Virus record (IMG/VR): IMGVR_UViG_3300005281_000001
Location: 1-64,000 of that record
Reading direction: 5' to 3' (one strand)
Length of the DNA stretch: 64,000 nucleotides
Source: a virus
Lineage: Duplodnaviria; Caudoviricetes
A model generated the notes under the pieces. It ran no database searches, had not been told where the DNA came from, and saw only the letters and a program-made list of their open reading frames with translations. Below, piece after piece: positions 8,096 through 17,059 of this stretch; within the stretch, counting starts at the first letter, position 1, and each line of letters begins with the position of its first letter. A program made the translations under genes and the position numbers.

Positions 8096-11000
8096 ATGAA
8101 ACCGGCGCTTGTCATCGACCTGCAAAAAGCGTCGGCCGCCCGGACGTGGCGCGAAGAACTGCATCCGCGGGATGAGCGGGGCAGGTTCACGCGCATCCGG
8201 GGTGGTAGCCGTATCGTGACGCGTACCGGTAAAACCGGCCGTGTACACAAGGTCACGGATACGCACTATCATGTCACTGCCGACGACGGGTCGAAGTTCA
8301 CGGTATCCAAAAAGAATGCCGTGCACTATGACGACTATGAAGCCGCAATGAAGGCGGCGAAAAAGAACAAGCGGAAGGCGAGTGCCGCCGCGAAGAAGGC
8401 GAAAGCCACGAAGGCGAGCAACAAAGCAAACGCCACCGGCAAAACCGGTGCAGCAAAACCGCTGGCAGACCCGACGAAAAAGGCAGCGAAGAAGAAGCCC
8501 GCGGCGAAGAAAACTTCCGAAGCTGCCGAGAACAAAACGCTGGTGGTGCCAGTTACGCCGAAAAAGCGCAAGGCAGAAAAACCTCTGGATAACGAGCAGA
8601 ACCGGGCGATTGCTGAGGTTGCGGAGATCGAGAAAACGCCGGAGAAGGCGAATCTCGACAAGCAGTGGCAGAGTGCTGAAGTCCAGAACATCCTGAAGAA
8701 GCCGGTCAACAAGCGGAGCGCTGAAGAAATCCGGCGCGTGGCCGGCAAGCTGACGAAGGAAAATGACAAGCTTGCCCGCCACGTCGTACATAAAATGGCG
8801 GCAGCCCGCGGCATGAGTATTCTGGGACAAGTTTACCGATTAAAGCGCCATGTAGGCGGTAACCGATCCAAAGAGGGGAAAGAGGAAGCAAAGCTGCACG
8901 GTGCCACGGTGGTACAGGAAACCGGACTGTACGGCGACCTGCTGCAATCTGCTCGAGCATCGATGTTTGCGACCCTTTCCAGCGTGCTTTCCGGCAGCCA
9001 GAACCCGCGGCAGGGTACGGCGATCGGCGCGCACGTCATCAGCCGGATGCGTCAGCAGCTCCATAGGGATATGTACGACATCCTGAATACCATTCCGGCA
9101 CCGCATGAGATTCGCACAGCAATCGGCGACGCTTGGAAGGCGGAGGAAACGCTGACGGGTAAGCTGGGCCGCACGCCGACGCATGACGAAGTCGCTTCGT
9201 ACCTTCAGAAGAATTCGAAGGCGTTCCGCGAGGCGCCGATCATGCAGCCGCCAGTCTGGAACGAAGATAAGGGCGAGTGGGAGGCGAAAAATCAGCGCGT
9301 GACAGACCCTTCGGAACGGCTGCGCGTGCTGAAGAACTACGCCGACCAGCAGAAGGCAACACATCTGGATCAGGGCGTTATGGACGAACGAACCGGCGAG
9401 CGTCGGAACGTGGCCGAAGCTATGGCCGACCGCACGGCAGCGTCACCGGAAGCCCGCGCCATCGAGCGCGAGCGTCAGCAAGAGCTGCGGACGGCACTTC
9501 CGAAGGCTATGAAAGAGATGGGTCTGACCGACGACGAGATTCGCGTCATGGTGATCAAGTTCTCGAATCCGTCCTCGACGACCAGCAAGCCGACGATGAC
9601 CTCGCCGGAAGTGGCCGCTTATCTGAAAGAGCACTACGGAATGGATGTCACGTCGAAGTGGGTCGACAACCGGATTACGCTCGGCATGCAGAAGATCAAG
9701 CGGGCGCGGGAGCAAAATCACCCGGCGCTGGAGCAACTGCGCATGCTGAAGTCGCTGGTGGTCCGGGCGATCCTGAAGATGAGCTGGGAAATCGATCTGT
9801 ACAAGGCCCTGACGAGCTGGGGACTCACCCCGGATGTGCTGGAGATGCGACCGACGCGCATCGTCTACGGCCGGAGCCGGGAAGACATCCTGAAGTCGCT
9901 CGAGCCGCATGAATACGTCGGCAGCTTCGTTACGTTCGAAGACGGCGAAGTCGCTGCGCAGGTAACGGAGCTCACGCTGCCTGAAGGTCACGAACTTCGG
10001 AAGACCTTTATGGACACGCTTCAGAAGGCCATGTTCCCGCACAAGGGAGCATCCAACGCCGAGATCAACAAGAAGGCGCAGGAATACGTACGGGCCAATA
10101 AACAGCGGTACGCCAGTCTGGCGGACCAGCAACTGGGACGTATCCGGGGAAAAGGCGGTAGCCTCACATGGTCTGAAGAACTTCTTCTGAAGAACCCGGG
10201 AAGCGCGTGGATCACGTGGGGCGGTAAACGCATCCTGATTAACACCGGGAACGGTGAGATCATATACGACTCCCGGAATGAGGCACACCGCGAGGACTAC
10301 AACCAAGGGGCGCAGGAAGACAAGATCGAGTTCCACCACGAGAAGGAAGCCGGCGTCAGTGAGGAAAACGCTCACGAGCACGACCACGGCATCCAAGCCT
10401 TCCGAAACGAGTTCATGAACCGCATGCGGGACGAGTGGATCAAGAAGGAAGGCAACAAGATTGTCGGCGGAATAAAGGGAGAGTTTTTGCAACACAACTC
10501 GCACAAGGCACTGGACGTGTACCGCGACCTTTCGGATGAGGAACGGAAGGCACTTGATGACATGGGCGCCGACCGCGAGGCGAAAGCGGCGTTCCTCGGC
10601 GACCACTTCCTGCGTAAAGAGGGCGTCATCGAAGCGCTCCAGCAATACCGGAACGGCGAGCTTTCGGAAGAAGACATTCGGCAGCGGCTGGCCGGTCTGG
10701 GGTCGCTGGCGGGCCGCAACTCGAAGATGATGGCTTCGTTCCTCGGCGACGTGAAGAAGCACGACCCGGCGACGGAGGAAGGGCTTAAGAAGCTGGCCGA
10801 ATCGTTCGGTGCGAAAGAAATGACTCGTGCTGGCGAAGAAGCGAGCAAGAACCTTCTGCCGGAGGGCAAATACATGATTGGCAACCCGATTACGGGCAAA
10901 ACCATGATTGTACACGTTGGCGGTGCCTTCACCGGCGGCCGCGGCAGCCGGAAGAAGGACGAGTCCGGCAAAGAGGAAAAAGGGAAGTACACTTCCGAAG

Positions 11001-14000
11001 TTCTCGAAGCGTTCGACCCGGATGGCCGCATCCATGAGACGATCAACACGTGGGGCGATCTCGGCCGGGCACTCGGCTACACGGGCAAAGAGGCAAGCGA
11101 CCTGAAGGCGACGCTGGTGGCACACGCCAACACGGCGCCGGATAAGCCGTTCATGCAGAAAATTTCGGATGAGGAATTCGCCCAGCACCGGGCGAAGACG
11201 AAAGCCGGGCTTCAGGAGTCCATGCTTCATAAAGATTTCCGGCTGGTCGACCAGACCCGGGACAAGGACGGCAACATCACGAGCCAGACCTTTGCTCAGA
11301 AGATGCCGGACGGCACCATGAACCACATCACGGTCGACGGCAGCGGCCGGATTACGGACCCGCTGATGCGACGCCTGCTCAACCAGCGCGCACCGGTGAC
11401 GAACGAGAAGGAACTGAACGAACTTCTGAAGAACGCGGTCGGCAACCGGGTATGGGTGACGGCACACTTCGGAAGCGACATCCACATCGGAGACGCGCTG
11501 GGCCATCACGTGCAACTGGAGTATGACGGAAAAGGCGCGCCGCGGGTAGTCGGCGGAAAGTACGACGGCTATCGGTACGTTGACCGCCGCGACATTCCGA
11601 AAGGCGCAATCGACCCGGCAACGGGCGAGCCGGTAAAAGCGCTGTTCCGCAACGGCCGATTGGTTGATCGTCGATTTACGACGAAAAATGACGTGCCGAT
11701 GCGGGAAGGTAATCCGGTCATGTACAGGGACGGCGACAGCTACAAGAAGGGCCGCATCTACTCCATCGAGGGCGACAACTACAAGATCACGGATGGCCAA
11801 GGGCACGTCATCGGCATTTTCAAGAAGGAAGACCTGAAGCCGGCGAAGCAGGAAGGTCGCATGCTTTCGGAAGCCGGAACGGCCGTGCTGAAGGTAGCTC
11901 AGACCGGTACGCACCGCTTGAACGTACAGGAAGCACTGGCTGACATGTCGAAGGGCCGCCGGAAGCTGCTTGAAGAAGCCCTTAAGAGGGCACACATCCA
12001 GCGCGCAGCATTCGACTCCGATGGTAACCTTCGGAATGAGCTGGAGCTGTCGGATGCAGCGCACAAGCGGCTGAGCAAAATCCTCGGCCGGTCGAAAGCC
12101 GGACGGGAAATCCTGTCGAAGTTCAACAGCGCCTACACGAAAGAACTGGAGCTGCATGTGCCGGAGCGCCTGCGGAGCGTGGTCGAAGCGGAAGGCGTCC
12201 GGGTGCTGGCAGACGGCACGGCACGCATTTCGGCATCGAAGTTCGAACAACTTCGGGATGTGCTGAACAACGCCGGCAGCGGCATTTCACTGACCTATCA
12301 AGCGCAGGAGCATTTGGCGGATCACTTCGCCCGCAAAGATCGGGTTCCGAAGGAAGTCAGCGAGCTGCGGAAGAAGTATCAGCCGTCGACGATTGAATCC
12401 GGCGACAAGGAATTCGACAAGCACTACAAGGCGCAGTTCAACGAGAAGTCGTACCTGATGGACCCGTCAAAAGGTCTGTACGGCACGCAGCTTGACGGCG
12501 TCTCGCACCTCATCGAGCGCGGCCGGGGCATTGCCGGCCATGGCATGGGTACGGGTAAGACGATCCTCGGCGTGGTTGCCGGCCTGCATACGAAAGCGCA
12601 GGCGCTTGCTCGGGGCGAGAAACCGAAGAAGACGCTTATCGTGGCGCCGAAGGGCATCATGTCGGACTGGGGCAAGGAAATCGCCACGCACACCAACAGC
12701 AAGGCGCTCTATATCGGTGGCGCAAGCAGCTTCGCCGGAGCGAAGCGCGGCGAGGACGGTAAGCGCTACTGGGGCCAAGCCGGCACGGAGCAGGAAGCTG
12801 TCGACATTCGGAAGTTCAAGAAAGGCTCGCACGCCGGTCAAGATCACGACTTCCATATCGTCAGCTACGACACGTTCATGCGGAACCGCGACTTCTTCGC
12901 CAACAGCGGCGAGTACGACAACATCGTCATCGACGAAGTCCACGCCTTCAAGAACCAGAAAGGCAAGCGCGGCGCCGCGCTGGCGGAGACGACGGACAAG
13001 TTCAAGAACGTGTGGGGCCTGTCAGGTACGCCGATGGAGAATGATCCGCGTGAGATGCACGCATTGGTCGACACCATTACCGGCGGCCGGCACGAGCTCG
13101 GAAGCCTGCGGGAGTTCCAGAACAAGTACATGATGAAGGACCGCAACGGCAAGCTGGTCGGCATCAAGCCGAGCATGGCGGAAAAGCTGGGCGACATTCT
13201 GGCATCCATAGTGCAGTTCCGAAGCGGCGAGGACGTAACCTACAACGACGGCAGCAAGATTCGCTTCCCGCATCTGGTCGGTCAGCAATCGAATGATCCG
13301 GGACAGAATCCGAGTCCTCCGGTCGACTTCATCGGTGACATGGTCGACCGCAGCCGCGACCACCAGACGACGGATTACTACGGCACGAAGCACTCGATTA
13401 CCGATTTCGAAACCAGTACGAAGCAGGTTACCAACGCGAAAAGCGGCGAAACCTACGAGGTCACCACGACGACGCCGAAAAATGTATCGCCGGAGCTGGC
13501 GGCCATGTATGATACGTACAAGTCGCTTGAAGCGAAGTACCTGCCAGCATCGAAGCTTAACGAGCTGGCGTCTGCGGCCGCAACGGGCATCGATCAAGGC
13601 CAGAAAGGTCAGTCGAACTACCTGACGGCCATGCAGAAGCTTCAGAAGTTCCTGAATGCACCGCTGGCGCACAAGATGTATGTCGAAGGCGGAAACGCAA
13701 TCGATTCCGACGCAACGGATGCGCAGGCGGAAAAGCCGGCGAAGGGTGGCGCCTCCGGTCTGGTCGAAGGCAAGCACTACATCGTCGACGAGAACGGCTT
13801 CAAGCGCTACTTTGAAAGTGACGGCAAGGGCGGTTACCTGCGTAACCCGGACGGCAGCCCGAAGCTGCTGCCGCCGCTGCACAAGCAGAATCCGAAAGCG
13901 CAGTACCTGCAAGACCGGATTCACAAGTATCTGGATTCGCTCATGTTGGAGAACCGCCGTCGGGTAGCCCGCGGCGATAAGCCGCTGGTGCCGAAGGTTG

Positions 14001-14707
14001 TCGTGAAGTCGAACTACACGACGTTCGGCACAGACATCGTCGACAACGTGCTGAAGGAAGTCCGTAACACGCACCCGATCTTCGCCGAACTGGCGCGGCA
14101 GGGTTACACGAACTTGACCCACGGACAGTTCACCGGTGAAGCGAAGGACCGGGAAGAAACAAAGAGCGGCTTCCGCGGCAACAAGCACGACTACCTGAAT
14201 AATCAGGGCAACCTGTGGGCCACGACGGTTTCGCCAGCCGGTAAAGAAGGCGTTGACTTCGGAAACGCGCATCTGATGATCCACTACGATCAAGACTGGA
14301 ACCCGCAGAAGATGGCGCAGTTTACGGCGCGCGTCCGGCGGTCGGACTCGGCGAAGACGCACGAGCAGGTCGGCCGGGCGAATGCGGTTCGGGTCGAATC
14401 GCTGCACGTTCCGAATACGGTCGAGGACTTCATCTTCAACGCGCAAGACGCGAAGATGCGTGCGATTCAGCACGTTGTCCAAAGCACCCGGGATGCAGAG
14501 GCCTTCCCGAAGCTCGGTGAAACCGAAGGCACGGTCGGTTACGGTGCCCGCGGATTCACCAGTCGCAAGCAGCCGCGTCAGCCGGTTGCACCGGCACGAC
14601 CGGATAAAGCGCCGAGCATTCCAAAGCCCGGAAGCGGCGGAGCTGAAGTTCGGAAGCCCATGTTGGCGAGTGCTGACAAAGCACTGAAGTTAGTGGTACT
14701 CTTGTAG
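8096..14707 (+). CDS. 2203-aa polyvalent protein: HPRxxxGRF motif, SH3/KOW-like module, sigma70-like regions 2-4, C-terminal SNF2-family helicase
   Basis: SD GGAGG. HGMGTGKT, LIVAP, IVSYD, VIDEVH, LSGTP, EGVD, DQDWNP, QFTARVRR (SNF2 motifs). LGRTPTHDEVA and LTDDEIRVM...TSPEVA (sigma regions 3 and 4). Confidence 0.85.
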   Translation: MKPALVIDLQKASAARTWREELHPRDERGRFTRIRGGSRIVTRTGKTGRVHKVTDTHYHVTADDGSKFTVSKKNAVHYDDYEAAMKAAKKNKRKASAAAKKAKATKASNKANATGKTGAAKPLADPTKKAAKKKPAAKKTSEAAENKTLVVPVTPKKRKAEKPLDNEQNRAIAEVAEIEKTPEKANLDKQWQSAEVQNILKKPVNKRSAEEIRRVAGKLTKENDKLARHVVHKMAAARGMSILGQVYRLKRHVGGNRSKEGKEEAKLHGATVVQETGLYGDLLQSARASMFATLSSVLSGSQNPRQGTAIGAHVISRMRQQLHRDMYDILNTIPAPHEIRTAIGDAWKAEETLTGKLGRTPTHDEVASYLQKNSKAFREAPIMQPPVWNEDKGEWEAKNQRVTDPSERLRVLKNYADQQKATHLDQGVMDERTGERRNVAEAMADRTAASPEARAIERERQQELRTALPKAMKEMGLTDDEIRVMVIKFSNPSSTTSKPTMTSPEVAAYLKEHYGMDVTSKWVDNRITLGMQKIKRAREQNHPALEQLRMLKSLVVRAILKMSWEIDLYKALTSWGLTPDVLEMRPTRIVYGRSREDILKSLEPHEYVGSFVTFEDGEVAAQVTELTLPEGHELRKTFMDTLQKAMFPHKGASNAEINKKAQEYVRANKQRYASLADQQLGRIRGKGGSLTWSEELLLKNPGSAWITWGGKRILINTGNGEIIYDSRNEAHREDYNQGAQEDKIEFHHEKEAGVSEENAHEHDHGIQAFRNEFMNRMRDEWIKKEGNKIVGGIKGEFLQHNSHKALDVYRDLSDEERKALDDMGADREAKAAFLGDHFLRKEGVIEALQQYRNGELSEEDIRQRLAGLGSLAGRNSKMMASFLGDVKKHDPATEEGLKKLAESFGAKEMTRAGEEASKNLLPEGKYMIGNPITGKTMIVHVGGAFTGGRGSRKKDESGKEEKGKYTSEVLEAFDPDGRIHETINTWGDLGRALGYTGKEASDLKATLVAHANTAPDKPFMQKISDEEFAQHRAKTKAGLQESMLHKDFRLVDQTRDKDGNITSQTFAQKMPDGTMNHITVDGSGRITDPLMRRLLNQRAPVTNEKELNELLKNAVGNRVWVTAHFGSDIHIGDALGHHVQLEYDGKGAPRVVGGKYDGYRYVDRRDIPKGAIDPATGEPVKALFRNGRLVDRRFTTKNDVPMREGNPVMYRDGDSYKKGRIYSIEGDNYKITDGQGHVIGIFKKEDLKPAKQEGRMLSEAGTAVLKVAQTGTHRLNVQEALADMSKGRRKLLEEALKRAHIQRAAFDSDGNLRNELELSDAAHKRLSKILGRSKAGREILSKFNSAYTKELELHVPERLRSVVEAEGVRVLADGTARISASKFEQLRDVLNNAGSGISLTYQAQEHLADHFARKDRVPKEVSELRKKYQPSTIESGDKEFDKHYKAQFNEKSYLMDPSKGLYGTQLDGVSHLIERGRGIAGHGMGTGKTILGVVAGLHTKAQALARGEKPKKTLIVAPKGIMSDWGKEIATHTNSKALYIGGASSFAGAKRGEDGKRYWGQAGTEQEAVDIRKFKKGSHAGQDHDFHIVSYDTFMRNRDFFANSGEYDNIVIDEVHAFKNQKGKRGAALAETTDKFKNVWGLSGTPMENDPREMHALVDTITGGRHELGSLREFQNKYMMKDRNGKLVGIKPSMAEKLGDILASIVQFRSGEDVTYNDGSKIRFPHLVGQQSNDPGQNPSPPVDFIGDMVDRSRDHQTTDYYGTKHSITDFETSTKQVTNAKSGETYEVTTTTPKNVSPELAAMYDTYKSLEAKYLPASKLNELASAAATGIDQGQKGQSNYLTAMQKLQKFLNAPLAHKMYVEGGNAIDSDATDAQAEKPAKGGASGLVEGKHYIVDENGFKRYFESDGKGGYLRNPDGSPKLLPPLHKQNPKAQYLQDRIHKYLDSLMLENRRRVARGDKPLVPKVVVKSNYTTFGTDIVDNVLKEVRNTHPIFAELARQGYTNLTHGQFTGEAKDREETKSGFRGNKHDYLNNQGNLWATTVSPAGKEGVDFGNAHLMIHYDQDWNPQKMAQFTARVRRSDSAKTHEQVGRANAVRVESLHVPNTVEDFIFNAQDAKMRAIQHVVQSTRDAEAFPKLGETEGTVGYGARGFTSRKQPRQPVAPARPDKAPSIPKPGSGGAEVRKPMLASADKALKLVVLL

Positions 14708-14712
14708 TAGCA

Positions 14713-14740
14713 GAGCGGGGCGGAAATGCCCCGCTCCCTT
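14713..14740 (+). terminator. GC-rich hairpin after the polyvalent gene (weak U-tract)
   Basis: GAGCGGGGC-GGAAAT-GCCCCGCTC. Confidence 0.4.
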
Positions 14741-14758
14741 AAGGGAGGGGGTAGGCAA

Positions 14759-15013
14759 GTGGCGGACCGGATGTTCGATACGGACTCATTTCTGGATGAG
14801 ATTCAGACACCGGAAGAAGCAAAAGCCTGCGTGGATTTCCTGACCGCGAACGAACGAATCTTCCGAAGACAGCTTATGGACGAGGGCCTGTCGCATGAGC
14901 AGGAAGAACAGGAAGTAAAGGCGGTCTGGACGAATCTCATCAAGTCCTGCCGCCGGGTCGGCTACAAAGACCCGTGGGTGGATGAGAAGGCAAAACGATA
15001 CGGTGTAGGGTAA
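14759..15013 (+). CDS. Small hypothetical protein
   Basis: SD GGGAGGGGGT before GTG 14759; in-frame ORF. Confidence 0.6.
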   Translation: MADRMFDTDSFLDEIQTPEEAKACVDFLTANERIFRRQLMDEGLSHEQEEQEVKAVWTNLIKSCRRVGYKDPWVDEKAKRYGVG

Positions 15014-15026
15014 GGAGGTCTGGGCG

Positions 15027-15227
15027 GTGGTAAAATGCGAAGGCTGCGGGCGGATCATTCTTGACCAGACTTCGGAGGGATGGAAGCTGCGCACACGAAT
15101 GCTGCTGTTCGAGCGCGGCGGTGCGTATGCGATATGTCCGTCTTGCAAGAAGGAAGTCAAGGTGCCTGTCGTATTGAACGATCCACCGCCCGCACTTCCG
15201 AAGACGAAATTGTTGGTGAAAATTTGA
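15027..15227 (+). CDS. Small C4 zinc-ribbon protein
   Basis: SD AAGGAGGT; CEGC...CPSC. Confidence 0.7.
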   Translation: MVKCEGCGRIILDQTSEGWKLRTRMLLFERGGAYAICPSCKKEVKVPVVLNDPPPALPKTKLLVKI

Positions 15228-15237
15228 AACAATATTA

Positions 15238-15266
15238 TTGACTAACTTCCGAAGTGGAAGTATATT
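15238..15266 (+). promoter_or_regulatory. Sigma-A-type promoter with CTTCCGAAG in the spacer
   Basis: TTGACT-17 bp-TATATT with AT-rich upstream DNA. Confidence 0.7.
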
Positions 15267-15272
15267 CAGAAT

Positions 15273-15410
15273 CAAAAGGGCAACGAAGTCCAACGAGGAC
15301 AGCCCAAGACGTGCATTTGTGGATCGTCCTTTACCAGCTCCTCGATCCACAAATGACATAGCCGTCCCCATCCCGCGGCTTACGTCTTGTGCTGTCCTCG
15401 TTGGATTTTT
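15273..15410 (+). ncRNA. Candidate structured sRNA or 5' leader (three-way junction, C/U-rich loops)
   Basis: 15-bp closing stem 15289-15303/15391-15405, 8-bp stem 15305-15312/15382-15389, 13-bp hairpin 15314-15355, 5-bp hairpin 15360-15380, then TTTTT. Confidence 0.6.
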
Positions 15411-15433
15411 GGCGGGGAAAGGTAGGTGATAAC

Positions 15434-17026
15434 ATGCGTTCCACGCTGGAAAACAACGACACTTACCATCTGTGGGTGCCCATTGAAGACGCCGACCTGA
15501 TGAAGTCGGTCGAAGTCGATGAAAATGGCGACTGGATTGTTCGCGGCGTCATGACATCCGACGACAAGGACGAGGAAAACGACGTTATCAGCCCTGAAGG
15601 TATGGATTGCTCGTACTTCCTCGAGAAAGGCTGGATCAAATACGAGCACGGCAACAATCCGAACCAGTTCATCGGCGAACCGATCGCCGTCAAGGTAGGG
15701 CGCTTCAAGCATCCGACACTCGACAAGTCGGTCAACGGCGTCTATGTCGAAGGCAGGCTGTACCGTAACCGCGAGCTTGCAAAGCAGGCCGTTCAAACAA
15801 TCGAAGACCTTCAGAAGTCGAACACCAAACGGCGGATGGGTTGGTCGATCGAGGGCAGCGTGCGCGAGCGGTGCCGAAAGACCGGCAAAATCGTGAAATC
15901 CGTTCTTCGGAACGTGGTACTTACGATGAATCCGGTAAATACAATGACGTGGGTCGAACTGGCGAAGTCCTTCGCTAAAAACCACGAACTGACGATCGAC
16001 ATGCCGATGGACAAGTCTCTTGACACCGGCGAAATGGCGGAATTGACGCCGCAGTCGGTCGAGGGCGGGAGCAAGAAAGCTGTTCCCGAAGTAAGCGACG
16101 AGGCATGGAGCCGTCTTCTGCGCGCTTTCGTTGAAAGCGACGAAGACGATATCCATAAATCCGTGGACTCGCCGGGAAGTTTGGCCATGAAGGCCTTCGC
16201 CTTTGCCAAACTGAAAGGCTTCAACTACGACGACGCCTACACTTTCGGTGCGTTCGTCAAGCAAAACCACGGGAAAATTCGGCTCTTAATCAAGAGCCAT
16301 GGGGGTGAGACGATGAGCAAGCAAACGGGTGTGCTCGACACGGCGCTGGAGGAACTGGAGAAGGCGCTGGACATCGAAGCTGTGCAGGACGAGGACGAGC
16401 TGCTGAAATCGCAATCTTCCGAAGATGACGAGGAAGATGATGAGGAAGATTACGAGGACGACAGCGAGGACTACGAAGGCGACGACAGCGAAGACGCCGA
16501 CGAGGACAGCGACGAGGAAGGCGACGGCGAAGGTTTTGCGAAGTCCTTCAGCAAGGACAGCACGGTGCAGCAAGCGCTGGAAGTCTCGGACTTCCTGTCC
16601 AGACTCGTCGACGAAGTCGGCTACTCGATCGACACCGTGAACAAGTCCCTGAGCAGCGTAAGCCGTCAGCAAAGCGCACTTCTGAAGGCATTCAAGGCCG
16701 TTGGCGAACAGCTCCGCGACCTTGCGGAAGAAAACGCTGAGCTGAAGAAATCCTTCGAAGAACTGCTGAATCGTCCGATCGGGCGCCGCGGCGTAACGTC
16801 GACGCGGGAAGTCCAAACCATCACGAAGGGCTTCAATCCGGGTCCGCAGCCGATGGAAGGCAAGCTGACGAGAGCGAGAGTGCTCGCCGAGCTGAATAAA
16901 TCGTTCGAAGCCGGCAACTACAGCCTCGGCGAAGAAATCATGCGCTACGAGGCGGGTGTTCCGCTCGAGAACTTGAACCTTCCGCACGAGCTGCGCGTGA
17001 AGTTCGGCCTCGCATCGGCTGAATAA
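15434..17026 (+). CDS. Prohead protease fused in frame to scaffold protein
   Basis: SD before ATG 15434. HK97-type protease motifs (KYEHG, IGEP, GWSIEG, VVLTMNPVN), acidic tract and coiled coil, immediately upstream of the capsid gene. Confidence 0.85.
   Translation: MRSTLENNDTYHLWVPIEDADLMKSVEVDENGDWIVRGVMTSDDKDEENDVISPEGMDCSYFLEKGWIKYEHGNNPNQFIGEPIAVKVGRFKHPTLDKSVNGVYVEGRLYRNRELAKQAVQTIEDLQKSNTKRRMGWSIEGSVRERCRKTGKIVKSVLRNVVLTMNPVNTMTWVELAKSFAKNHELTIDMPMDKSLDTGEMAELTPQSVEGGSKKAVPEVSDEAWSRLLRAFVESDEDDIHKSVDSPGSLAMKAFAFAKLKGFNYDDAYTFGAFVKQNHGKIRLLIKSHGGETMSKQTGVLDTALEELEKALDIEAVQDEDELLKSQSSEDDEEDDEEDYEDDSEDYEGDDSEDADEDSDEEGDGEGFAKSFSKDSTVQQALEVSDFLSRLVDEVGYSIDTVNKSLSSVSRQQSALLKAFKAVGEQLRDLAEENAELKKSFEELLNRPIGRRGVTSTREVQTITKGFNPGPQPMEGKLTRARVLAELNKSFEAGNYSLGEEIMRYEAGVPLENLNLPHELRVKFGLASAE
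16313..17026 (+). CDS. Nested in-frame scaffold protein
   Basis: Internal SD GGGGGTGA 16301-16308 before in-frame ATG 16313; very acidic D/E tract plus coiled coil. Confidence 0.65.
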   Translation: MSKQTGVLDTALEELEKALDIEAVQDEDELLKSQSSEDDEEDDEEDYEDDSEDYEGDDSEDADEDSDEEGDGEGFAKSFSKDSTVQQALEVSDFLSRLVDEVGYSIDTVNKSLSSVSRQQSALLKAFKAVGEQLRDLAEENAELKKSFEELLNRPIGRRGVTSTREVQTITKGFNPGPQPMEGKLTRARVLAELNKSFEAGNYSLGEEIMRYEAGVPLENLNLPHELRVKFGLASAE

Positions 17027-17059
17027 TCCATTAGTCTAAGAGAAAGGGGAGAACGCGAC

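Noticed and set aside
9443-12250. Long minus-strand ORFs (e.g. 935 aa here, 17036-18931, 55068-56624)
   Set aside because: Antisense shadows of GC-rich plus-strand genes; no recognisable motifs or RBS, and the plus-strand frames have clear domains.
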